A stretch of DNA of 62,781 bases, the filler included, from Sphacelaria rigidula (lineage: Eukaryota), in NCBI GenBank assembly GCA_964200075.2. It is 6 parts of 6 records of this genome, joined end to end, with 100 filler letters (N's around TTAATTAATTAA, not from the genome) between each part and the next. Parts side by side here need not be neighbours in the genome. Positions count along the whole stretch, not along the records: positions 1 to 10,382 come from CAXNAA020006605.1; 5 more parts are not named here. One strand, written 5' to 3'. Under the pieces are notes generated by a model that searched no databases, was not told the origin of the DNA, and saw only the letters and a list, made by a program, of their open reading frames with translations. How positions within the stretch are numbered: the stretch's first letter is position 1; the number at the start of each line of letters is the position of its first letter. Both the position numbers and the translations under genes were made by a program. This document shows positions 1 through 10,482 of this stretch, one piece after another.

Positions 1-62
1 ATGCGTGGTCAATGGCCAAACGACTAAGGCAAGCAACAAATGAGTACGCCCCCGCCCCCCCC
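1..62 (+). repeat. Family B fragment (3' end)
   Basis: ATGCGTGGTCAATGG...ATGAGTACGCCCCC matches ATGCGAGGTCAATGG...ATGAGTACACCCCC at ~47233-47288. Confidence 0.65.
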
Positions 63-1419
63 AATGCCCCACAGCCAGCGAGCAGGGCGTACGCAACGAG
101 TTGACACACACACGAAAGCAATGCGTGTTTCGCTGCAGTTGTTAGCTTGTCTTTCTCACAAACGACTGCTGCACAATCAGGAACTCGTGGCATGAAATAT
201 TGGGGAAGGGATGTGGACCTCAAATGGCTTCTTCGGTTTGAACTTTGAATATATTGGCGAAAAGATACCTCACAGCCCCGCCGCTCAACCATGCCCAAAA
301 CTAGCGCTAGGGAGCAATCCGTTGTAGATCCCGAGCGATCCTAAAATTCGCCCATCTATACCTACACTAAGGTCATCTTCCAAAACTTGGCGGGACTGGT
401 CCACATTTTTGGAACAAAAGGTCGTGGGCGTCAAATCGGCTAACCGTTTTGGCACCCGCGGCCTGCTGCGGCTTCCAAGAGATCCATGAAGGGTTGCGAC
501 ATTGTAAACGAGGAAGACCATGGCAACACGCTCGGGGGTTCAATGATTTCGGGCATCCTCCTCCTCGATCAGCAGGATCAAAAGTTGCTATTTGGTCACA
601 GTCTAGAGGAAGCTTGTGTTTGCACAATGTTGGCAGCAAACAGGATGGTTGCGCCTGGTCGACTTCGTATCCCGCTAGCGTTGCCGTTGACGACTGCAAC
701 AGAGGAGATGCACACGCCATTGTAGCGCAGCCACTGGCGGTTTGAAAACATCTCCAGGGAAGGGGACGGACCCCCTTTATTACATAGATTGTCCTGTACT
801 CAGGGCGCTTCCAATTTCAATCCATTACGGTGTTTGTGACGTTGCGGTCTTGGATTGCGGCGGTGAAACCAGAGTGGTCTCGGCTGGGCCCTTGTTAGAA
901 GTGGCTCTAAAATGAAGGTCTGACGCACGCACCTGGGGCATGGTGATGTGTCGTTGCACAGAAGCGTAAAGTTGTGTTGAAGCATAAATCGTGTTCGTGC
1001 TATCGCCGTCGCCCTACATTCGCAAGGGCCCGCAACAAGCCGGCGCTGAGACGCGAGCCGTTTCCCGGCAAATTCCCGCTAGGTCGTCCCGCACTAGTCC
1101 CAGCCACTACCATGCGTGTTTTCAAGTACACGTACAGGACTTGCTTCCCGGTATGCCATCGACTTTAAGTTGCAAACTGCTGTTTCTCGGGTAGACAGGG
1201 GACAACGTCAAGCGTCAAGCAGCTGCACGCTGGGCCGAGGGGCCACATATCGGGGAATGACGGCACTCCTCCCCCCTCCCCCAACTCGCGCAAACCTCAT
1301 TCTGGGGTCGTAGGAGGGGAGGGGGGTGGGAGACACCCCCCTCATCGATGGCTGATGGCGATAGTAGTTGCTGTGTGTGTGCGCGCGCATCGGTCTTAGA
1401 ACACAGATCTATGTACCGT

Positions 1420-2140
1420 ACATAAAATATGCTGCTTTCTTCTGTGTTCGACACTGCGTACCAACCGCAGCGTGACGCCTTCGGCGGTACTACCTGCTCA
1501 CTGCACAGCTGCAGGGTGCAGGGTGAAAAGCACACCGCAGGACGTCACATCCTTAGCCTATGCCTGTTCTGCATTGATTTCGCGCTGTCCTACGCAGTTC
1601 ACCACATCATGAACGCAGCCGCTGGTATCTGCGGCCCACGTGTACCCAGGATATCACCCCTTGCTACGCGCTATATCCCTACGCCACATTTTGTCAAGCT
1701 GTTCGTGTTGCTGCTACAGCGTGCGTTTGCCCCAGGTGGCGCACACAGGAGTGAAAGGCCGCCTCCGCCGCTGTAATGGCTGCGTGTATCTTCGAAGCTG
1801 CATGGTAACACAGCCGCTATAGCGCCAAGGTCGCCTGTAACATGCCACATCGGGGGAGATTTTCACACACTGTTGTCTCGAAGTGTAGCGTTGCAGCTAC
1901 CGAGTTGAAGTACGAGTACTACCCGTACTGTATTACAAAAATTACAGGCGGCAATACATTCTATACTGAGCAATTCAACCTAGCGGTCGCTGGGCGAACT
2001 GCAGTTGAGGCAATCGCCGAAATATTCACCTGCAGACTCTGCTCCAGTGCACTGTAAGTTGATGTCGCTAGAAGGACACTACCACAACCACCTTGCCGAC
2101 TGTCAGACTGTCAAGACGTAGGATCCGCTAGCATTGCTAC
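1420..2140 (+). repeat. Dispersed repeat family A, copy 1 (boundaries approximate)
   Basis: Blocks TCTGTGTTCGA(C/T)ACTGCGTACCAACCGCAGCG...GCAGGGTGCAG...AGCACACCGC and CCAGTGCACTGTAAGTTGAT(G/A)TCGCTA...CACCTTGCCGACTG recur in the same order at ~15190-15760 in another contig. Confidence 0.75.
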
Positions 2141-2628
2141 TGTTATGGGCGCGTCTGATCCCCCAAACTGGGCAAAAAAAGTGTCACCGACCAAAATCAC
2201 GAAAAGACACGAACAGATAGACTTTTGGGGCTTATTCAGGCTCGTCGGGTAAAATATGCCCAACGTCATCGGAAGAGAACGACATGGATCCAAAATTCAT
2301 ATCGAGAACCCTACCGTTACTTCTGTTGTTGTTCCACACATATTGCATGCCACTGCGTAGCTTTTCGTCCATGCTTGCGATACGCTGGAATGCCAGTAGG
2401 CTAGTTGGGTTGATACTGTTCGAGTGATTCAGATACCCAGTAATGCTGGATCTACGTAGAACCGGGGGTCGGGGTGACTGCGAGTACCGACAGTCAAGTG
2501 TGTGCAAATCTGGTACAGTACGGCTGAGAGCAGCGGAGCAGTCCGCCTCCCTTGATCATTCTCATTCATCTACCTCCATCTCATCAGCACTGTCCCAAGT
2601 TAGAGTAGAACTTGGGTGCTCTTCAACA
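2141..2628 (+). mobile_element. Possible 5' LTR of the Copia element
   Basis: Starts TGTT and ends AACA just upstream of the gag ATG (2696); similarity to repeat A stops at 2140. No matching 3' LTR and no canonical PBS are visible, so this is tentative. Confidence 0.3.
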
Positions 2629-5228
2629 AAAGATCTGAACCATTACCCTGTGCCTGAGCCAAGGAATACACTAATGATTAATCGATTGGGCAAGTATGGC
2701 TAGGAACGATGGTAACGCTCCGTCTTCAGAAGAAAGATTAGACGGGCTCACGAGTATGATGAGTCTGTTCAGTGGTCAGTTTAACACACTGACAGATATG
2801 GTAAAAGATGTACAATCTACACAGACTGTAATGCAGGGTAGGGTAGATGGCATCGAAGGTCGAGAATCCGGAGGCGCGAGGTGGAGTGACGTCGTCGAAA
2901 GCGAGGAAGATCAAGCAACACAACAACACCGGGCTGACAGCGCAGCCAACCAAAGCACACCTCAAAGCCGGAGACATAGCCGAGAGGGCGAGCGGGGAGC
3001 TCCGAGCGAGAGCGACCACAGGACAGCAAGCGATGGAGCAAGGGGTGCAGACCCCGCAAGTGAGTCCGTCACGGTGTTCGGTCACGATCGACCAAGTGTC
3101 CAAAATATTTCCGGGGTCCCGGTTTTCAAGGCAACTGTACCTAAGTTCTCGGCAAAGAGTTCAGAGTTCAACCACTACAGTCGCGAACTAATCATGTTTG
3201 CTAGGAGCGAAGCAGTTGATTAGGTGTTCACTATGTCAGAAAATAGGGCATACGATGTGGAGGTGGGAAACAAGACTTTATCCTTAAGTTATCTTCAAGC
3301 AAGGCACGGAAAGGGCACTGTAGCTGCAAACGTGAGAGCGAGGCAAATGTTGGTGCCAAGTCTCGAACATAAGCGAGACCGGGATGTTTTGTTCCGAATT
3401 TGGTCTCCAGCAGCCGTGTGGCGTGAGTTAAATGATTTCTACAGCCCCAAGACCAACTGAGCAAGGTTAGCTAATCTAGAAAAGTATGATCACGTGAAGA
3501 ATCGGCACTTTTCAAGCAGGAACTCGCCAAGGGGAAGAAGGCTTCCCCGGGCGACCAGGCCCTTGCTGTCGAGGGCCATCCCGGCAAACCTAACGGTTCA
3601 CATTGGAAAGGTAAGCCGGGAAAGACCCAGAACCCAGGTCACGCAGGTGACGGGGGGCAGGGCAAGAACAAGCAGTCGCCGGCTTCATCGTCAACGAGCC
3701 AGTCGGGGGCTGCGACGCCGTGGAGGTGCCACGTTTGTCAGAAGATGACCACACATCAGGCGAGAGACTGTCCAGACAGGCGTTGTGTTAGGTACGGGAA
3801 GAGAGGACACAGTTTGATTGACTGTCCGAGTACTGTGGAGGACGCGGCGATTGTGATGGGCGTGGCGGAAGACGTGGTGGACGACGACTCCGTCTGTTCG
3901 GATGCTGATGCAGAAGCGTTCACCAGCCTCGACATGACGGTGGATGAGATCAACACAGGCGAGTATGCGTTTGCAAACGGAATGGGGGATGTAGAACAGT
4001 GAGATGGGGGCGAACCGTGGGTACTTGACACGGGGGCCACTTCGCACTTTTCTCCTGACTCAAGTAAGATGACGGACTATAGAAAATGCAGTGGAAAGGT
4101 ACTACGGTGCGCGGGCGGTGGTACCTACCCGATCGTAGGAAGAGGGCTCCTGGTTCTATTTTTACGATCTGACGGACGCAATATAGTCTTGCATTTGAAA
4201 AATGTAGACCACGCACCTTGTGTCCGTCACCATCTGTTGTCACTGACCAGGATGTCCAACGCGGGTCACACCTACACTGGGTCTAGTGATGGCCTCCGGG
4301 TTGAGTTGAAGTCAGGCAATACCCTGAAGATCCCCGGTCAACAGACAACTATTATTAATGTACGCCCACCGCATCTCTCCGCATGGTCATGACAAGCATG
4401 CGTCAGCAGGCGCTGTGATTGCCCCGGGGAAACTTCCCAACCCCCAAGTTGAAGACATAAATGATTTCCACTGCAAACACGCGCATATGCACGAGGACCT
4501 GCTCCGGCGGACTGCAAAGCAGCTCGGAGTGGAGCTGCGCGGCGAGTTGAGACCGTGCCGCGGATGCTCGGAAGGAAAGGAACTTCGGCAGCCTATCCCA
4601 AGATCGACCCATACACGAGCAGTTGAGCCAGCTTTCACAGTGTTCGTTGATCTCACAGGCCCAAAACCAGTTAGATCTCGGGAAGGAAAGTCGTATATGA
4701 TGATAGTACGCGATGATTGCTTGAGGCACACTAGATTGTTTTTCTACGCACAAAGGACGAGTCCGCACAGCACTTTCGTAATTACATCGCAGAAATTCAC
4801 CCGCGAAAAATCGATAAGGTCCGCAGTGATGGTGGAGGTGAAGTTTCGGAGGGGGCGTTCGAGGAGCTATGTGATGGAGAGAAAATAAAACAAGAGAAAA
4901 CAACTGCTGACTCCCCACAGTTCAACGGCGTAGCGGAGCGTGCAATTGGCATCATAGAGTCGGCCGGCCTTGCAGCCAAAATTCAGGCATCGGAGATGTA
5001 CCCGAACCAGAACATCCCAAGTAGCAAGAATCTGTTGGCGGAACAGGCTAACTAGGCATGCCATGCTTTGAACTGTACTGCGAGCTCGGCTAACCCGGGA
5101 AACAAGACGCCACACGCAATGTGGCACGGAGTACCACCGGAAAACAACCTTCTTCCTTTTTTAAAGCTTGGGTTTTGTAGAGTTCAGAGGACGGACAAGT
5201 TCACACCCTGGACAATACAATATTTAAT

Positions 5229-5660
5229 ATATATATATTGCTCACTCAATATATCGAGGCGTCGGGTGGTCAATATATATTGGGCGAGCAATGTGATGAC
5301 ACGAGAGAGGGTCAATATATATTGTGCCATCAATATATCAAGGCTCGCGACATGCAATATATATCGACCGAACAATACATCACGACACGCGCCACCTCAA
5401 TATATTTTGGCCGAGCAATATGTTGGTGCGAGAAGGCATCAATATATATATATTTATCGAGTAATATATTTGCTGCCACCCGAGGTCAATATGTATTGAC
5501 GATTCAATATTCTCGACACCCGAAGCGCCAATATATATTGCTGCCCCAATATGTCGTGCGTCAATGCGTCCAATATATATTGGGTGGACAATACACGAGG
5601 GAACCGACGGTCACAATACATGCTGATGTAGCAAAATATATTGATTTTCAACATATATAT
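5229..5660 (+). repeat. Phased array 1: CAATATATATTG-N6-CAATA plus variable GC-rich segment, ~42-bp period
   Basis: Palindrome starts at ~5229, 5271, 5313, 5355, 5398, 5440, 5487, 5529, 5571 and 5614 (degenerate). Confidence 0.9.
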
Positions 5661-5770
5661 TGGAAAGTGTATTGGAATTAGTACTGTGGGCAGTTCTTTG
5701 TCCGCGGGTGCCATTCAAAGACATATTTTACTTGCCGAAAATGCTCAATGTATTCCTCCGCAAGCGTGTT

Positions 5771-6115
5771 CAATATATATTGGCTGCACAATAGCTATCC
5801 GATCAGCGTGCGCAATATATTTTGGAAAAACGACACTTCTGCATGGTTTGCGTTCAATATATATTATGGTAACAATATGCTACGCATCGCCTCGACTCAA
5901 TATATATTGACACTTCAATATATACACGGCCGGCGTGCACAATATATATTGAATGTTTATTCTCGGAGCAACTGCATGTCCAATATATCTTGACATGCAT
6001 TACTTCATGATCATGACACGAGTAATATATCTTGTTGCTTGAATATCTCCGAGGACATCTCAACACAATATATATTGAAAGAACAATATTTGCGCTGGCT
6101 TCAATACAAAGTATT
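5771..6115 (+). repeat. Phased array 2, ~42-bp period
   Basis: Palindrome starts at 5771, 5813, 5855, 5898, 5940, 5981, 6023 and 6066. Confidence 0.9.
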
Positions 6116-6506
6116 GGTATCATATTGGAACATATAATATTGTCCAGGGTATAAGCAGCACAGCCCCGGTGACCACAGGGGTACCAAAAGGCGCATATCG
6201 ACCCGCGTTTTCTGTCGTCGTGATGTTTAGCCAAGATATTTATATTACACGCTGGAAACGGGATGGGCGGCCCTGCACCGGTGACCAGATAGGTATCAGG
6301 AGGCATATATAACGGGTCGCCTCTTCTGTCACCATATTTTCCAACCAGTATACATATATATGCACATATCAAACGCATTCGACAACTTTCCACAGTAATG
6401 CACCCGAACTTCTGCGGCTCCCTTTAAAGCTTTTCCCAATCTGCACGGGCTCCGGCATCCATCGCGTCTGGATCTCTCCTAGAGCGTACACGATACTTAT
6501 AATATC

Positions 6507-6825
6507 TAATATATATTGACCGGCCAATACGTTGTCACCCACGCAGACCCAATATGTATTGACCGGTCAATATGTCCTCATCAATGCGATCCTAATATAT
6601 ATTGGTCGTGCAATGTGTTGTCGCCCACGCTGCCCCAATATAAATTGACGGGACAATATGTGTTCAACCCCATAGTACCAATATATATTTGGCGGGCAAT
6701 ATGTATGCAGTCCCACGACATCAATGTATATTGGGCGCGCAATACATGTGCAGTCTAAGGGTACCAATATATATTACACCGGCAATATATCGCAAAATTC
6801 CAATATGATCGACTAATATATATTG
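6507..6825 (+). repeat. Phased array 3, exact 43-bp period
   Basis: Palindrome starts at 6507, 6550, 6593, 6636, 6679, 6722 and 6765, with a further copy at 6814. Confidence 0.9.
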
Positions 6826-7309
6826 GAAACATATTGTATCGTCCAGGGTGTGGACAAGATACAACGAAAAGCTCAGAGGTGCTGGTACCTTAGCCCGGCC
6901 CCGGGATACCCGCGCGATGCTATGAGAGTGATGACGGAAACAGGACAAACTATTACGACCAGGCCCGTAACATGGGCGTATGCCCCCCCAATTCCTCTCC
7001 CTGCCCCACAGCAAGCGATCCCGACGCCCGACGGAGCGAGGGATGACAAGATCGAGGGAGGGACGGCCGGCAGCGAGTCTGCGGAACGTCAAACTCCGGC
7101 GGTGCGTACTTCACACCGCGGTTCACGGCACGTGTCGTTCTTGCTCCCCAACCCAGACCTAGACGCAGAAGCGGCACAACAGACTCCTGCTATTGGCGGG
7201 GGGGTGAGATGACCTCGCCGCTTCCTTGCAGAAGCAGGGGGGGGGCGCAGGATTTTACGCAACCCTGTCCGACATCTCATTGATGACGGGGGATCAGCGC
7301 CCCCCACAT

Positions 7310-7400
7310 CGCCGCCGACAGTCACGTCGCCGCCGACAGCAACACCGCCGTCGACAGCCACACCGCCGCCGACAGCCACACCGCCGCCGCCAACGCCGTT
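7310..7400 (+). repeat. 18-bp coding tandem repeat (PPTATP-like) in the Copia IN-RT linker
   Basis: Four to five units resembling CCGCCGACAGCCACACCG. Confidence 0.75.
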
Positions 7401-9190
7401 AGCAACAACGCCGACAACCGTAGACACCCCCGAGCGCAACAACGGGGGGGGCGGTGGAACTCCCAAGATCCCAAGGACGGTGCCACGCCGTCTTGCACTC
7501 GACGATGAATTGTCTCTGCCTCCACAAATGGCAGGTCGCACGCGCAGTGCGACGAGAGCGGCAGCCGACCAAAACGAGCTAGCATCGGCGGCAGAGGAAC
7601 TAGAGAGAATGATGGCGCAGGAAAGAAACGAAGTTTTCTTCCGCGCGATGTCGAGGGATCAGGCGAGGGCTCAAGCGAAGACTGTGCTGTATGAAATGGC
7701 AGAGGATATGTGCAGGATGACGGAGCTGATCACTGCAGCAGCCGGACCAGAGGTGGGAGGCAGCGCGGTCATGCTGATCGAAGAGACCTTTGCGGAGCAG
7801 GAGTATTATCTTTTCAGCCGAAAACGGGACGGAGGAGGTGCCCAGTTTTGGTTTGCGTTCCCCCATCGGTTTGCACGTGAGAGATGCGGAAACTCCCCCC
7901 GTAACAGTAGAAGACATAGAAAAGTCGAAAACAAGGAAACATGGTTGAGTGCCATGCGTGCAGAACTGAATGGGCATGAAACGGCAGGTACATTCTCAAA
8001 AGGAGAAATTCCAAAAGGAGTGAAGATAATCACAGCCAAATGGGTGTTCACTTGGAAAACCGACGCAAATGGTACTGTAACTGAAGCGGAAGCTAGATAA
8101 GTGGCACGTGGCTTTGGCCAGAGATTCGCGGTGGATTATTTTGAGACGTTTGCAGCCACCCTGGTCATGACATTAATTAAATTGGTCATGGCCGTGGCAG
8201 TACAAAGAGGATGGCCACTATATCACTTCGACGTCACCCAGGCTTGTACGAGCCAAAATGGACACGAACGTGTTCATGAAGCTCCCAGAAGGGTTTGGCC
8301 CCTTGACAGGTTGCACGGTTAGGCTAGAAAAATCCATATACGGCGTAAAACAAGCAGGAAGGCAACGGTCCCTCCTCCTGAACACAACACTGATGGAGGA
8401 TGTAAAAATGTCGCAAGGTAAGGCTGACCCGTGTGTGTACAGACTGGAGGAAAGGGGGAAAGTGTGTGTTATACTTGTTGTGCATGTGGACGACATTCTC
8501 ATTGGGGGAGAAACGAAAAGAGTGGAGAGGGTATGTAATACCCTCAACAACAGGTTCCCGATGAAAAACTTAGGTGAAGTCCAGTGGTATATGGGGTGTG
8601 CCATAGAGAGGAATTGGAAAAGAGGTACCATGTTCGTGAATCAGACGATCTTTGTCGACACAATGCTGAAGCGTTTTGAGGTTACGGAATTTTCTGATAT
8701 TCCCGCATCAGTGTCAGCAGATTTGGGACCGGTGAAGCAAGGTAATAAGGTTTTAGATAGGCCATACCAGAGTGCCGTGGTAGGTTTGATGTGGTTGGCT
8801 GGGGTAACCAGGCCTGACATAGCAAATGCAGCCCGAGACCTAGCCCGACAATCACATGACTCATGTGAAAGACACTGGCGAGAGGTGTTGAAAGTTCTGG
8901 CGTACCTCAACACAACCAGAACTACGGCCTGACTTTTAGTTCAGGGGAGAGTAGGCTCACAGTCTATTGTGACGCTGATTACGCCAAGAAAGATACAGAT
9001 CGACGGTCAGTTTCCGGTGTAGCTGTCATGTACGGGGGAATAGCAGTATCAAGTACTAGTCGAACGCAACACTGCGTTACCCTCTTAACCACCGAAGCCG
9101 AGTACGTAGCTATGGCGGAAGGGACGAAGGAATGCATGTTTGTCAGGTCGGTACTGTCTTTCCTACGACGACAAGTAGAGTACGATATTG

Positions 9191-9853
9191 TGTTATGGAT
9201 CGCGGCATACATGGAGGAAGGGCAGTACAATGATGAGCCCAGCTATTCGACTGATGGGCTCGGGGGGCTAGTTAATGTGACCTACGGGTATTTCAACTAG
9301 AGGAGAGGGAGTGGTGTCCGTTGTAACGGTTACAGACACGCCTCCGTGCGCACCGTGTTTTCCATGACCCTTTGCGACCCTTGGTTTTACTCTCTTGAAG
9401 ACGAGCAAAAAACGAGCGAAGAGCTTATGTGAATCTGATTGGTGAGGCTATCAAAACCACCACCATGAAAGAGAAACTGAATCGCTTCTGGAGCTGTGAT
9501 CACTGTACTGCGTTGGACGTATTTCCTCTTGCTATGCTTTTGGGGGTTGGTCGCTGAACACGGTGAGACAATGCAGTACGGATCCCTGAACCATACTCGG
9601 TACGTCAGTATTTGAAATATGGTCGTCACGATAGTATAATGATAAATGAATTCAGTGCACAAACATATATATGTGTAGTTGAGGCATGTTCCGGCATAAT
9701 CAACATGGTATGTTAGTCATCACGTATTTGCATGCGCATGAAAAGACTCAACTGGATGCTTGCTCGAGACCACGAGACATATCGCCTGTCTGTAAGCCAG
9801 TTGCGACGCCCAATGCCGAGAACCCCAACACCATAAAGAATCTGTTTGTAACA
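9191..9853. mobile_element. Solo LTR (663 bp) of an unrelated LTR element inserted in the Copia RNase H
   Basis: Termini TGTTA...TAACA; 4-bp TSD ATTG (9187-9190) / ACTG (9854-9857). Excision restores VEYDIVLFEDNEG. Confidence 0.85.
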
Positions 9854-10382
9854 ACTGTTCTCTTTGAAGACAATGAAGGGGAGGCTGAAGCCGACAACCC
9901 TCTCAGCTCAGGTCGAAGTAAGCACATCGAATTGAGGTGGAATTTTATGAGGGACTTGGTTAGGACGGGAGCAGTAAGGATTGTTCATGTGGATTCGGAG
10001 TGGCAACACGCCGATATCCTTACAAAGCCGCTCCCATTCATGCTGTTCAACAGGCACAGTCGCGCCTTGATGAACACTGGGGACAGTGAGTAGACACATA
10101 TTTTGTTTTGTGTGTGTCTTTCGATTTGTCAGCTCTACATGTTTCAGGTCATGGTTTCCGTAATGCATCTGCGCTTACATCGGGTGAAGCCGCTCACGCT
10201 GCTTTGTGGGGCATGGGTTTGTAGGGCGTTTCCCGTTGTTGGGTGCAGGTGGCCTGGCCTGGGCGTCTGCGAAAACGAGCTGTTTATTTTGAGCACAAGC
10301 GGTGGAGTTTGTGTGATGGGGTTTTTGCTCGGAAGGCCGAGTTTCCTCCTTTAATTTGTTTTTTTTTTGCTCTGAGTGCTGA

Positions 10383-10482
10383 NNNNNNNNNNNNNNNNNN
10401 NNNNNNNNNNNNNNNNNNNNNNNNNNTTAATTAATTAANNNNNNNNNNNNNNNNNNNNNNNNNNNNNNNNNNNNNNNNNNNN
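10383..10482. other. Artificial contig linker (44N-TTAATTAATTAA-44N)
   Basis: Fixed 100-bp spacer with stop codons in all six frames; identical to the four other linkers in the window. Confidence 0.98.

Larger units (their letters stand above)
5202..6852. mobile_element. Non-autonomous TIR DNA transposon (1651 bp, 22-bp TIR, 8-bp TSD) inserted in the Copia pol region
   Basis: Left TIR CACACCCTGGACAATACAATAT (5202-5223); right TIR ATATTGTATCGTCCAGGGTGTG (6831-6852), 1 mismatch. TSD GACAAGTT (5194-5201) / GACAAGAT (6853-6860). Removing the element and one TSD restores the pol frame GFCRVQRTDKIQRKAQRCWYLSPAPGY. Confidence 0.92.
2696..10093 (+). mobile_element. Degenerate Ty1/Copia LTR retrotransposon, gag-pol region (Gag, PR, IN, RT, RNase H) with stops, frameshifts and two nested insertions
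   Basis: Motifs in Copia order: zinc knuckles CHVCQKMTTHQARDC and CVRYGKRGHSLIDC (~3733-3825); protease WVLDTGATSH (~4018); integrase FHCKHAH..CRGC, VFVDLTGP, RSDGGGE, PQFNGVAER (4460-4945); RT KWVFTWK..ARGFGQ..DYFETFA, KSIYGVKQAGR, VHVDDILI, TRPDIA (8035-8830); RNase H YCDADYA..DRRSVSG..TEAEYVA, then FEDNEG..SKHIELRWNFMRD..QHADILTKPL (8965-10093). Confidence 0.96.

Noticed and set aside
285-985. Possible hAT-like C-terminal remnant on the minus strand (..DARNH*TPERVAMVFLVYN..)
   Set aside because: A single weak motif among many stops, with no supporting upstream motifs.
5068-6393. Ile/Tyr/Asn/Gln-rich ORFs across the arrays
   Set aside because: By-products of the TATA-rich repeats; only the first ~45 codons of 5068-5499 are Copia pol.
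5229-6825. CRISPR array interpretation of the CAATATATATTG repeats
   Set aside because: Eukaryotic context with no cas genes; repeats are degenerate; variable parts are only ~16-19 nt and partly related to each other (e.g. GTTGTCACCCACGCAGACC vs GTTGTCGCCCACGCTGCCC); the arrays lie inside a TIR/TSD-bounded transposon.
10094-10382. Copia 3' LTR and polypurine tract
   Set aside because: No match to 2141-2628 and no clear PPT; the contig ends too soon.
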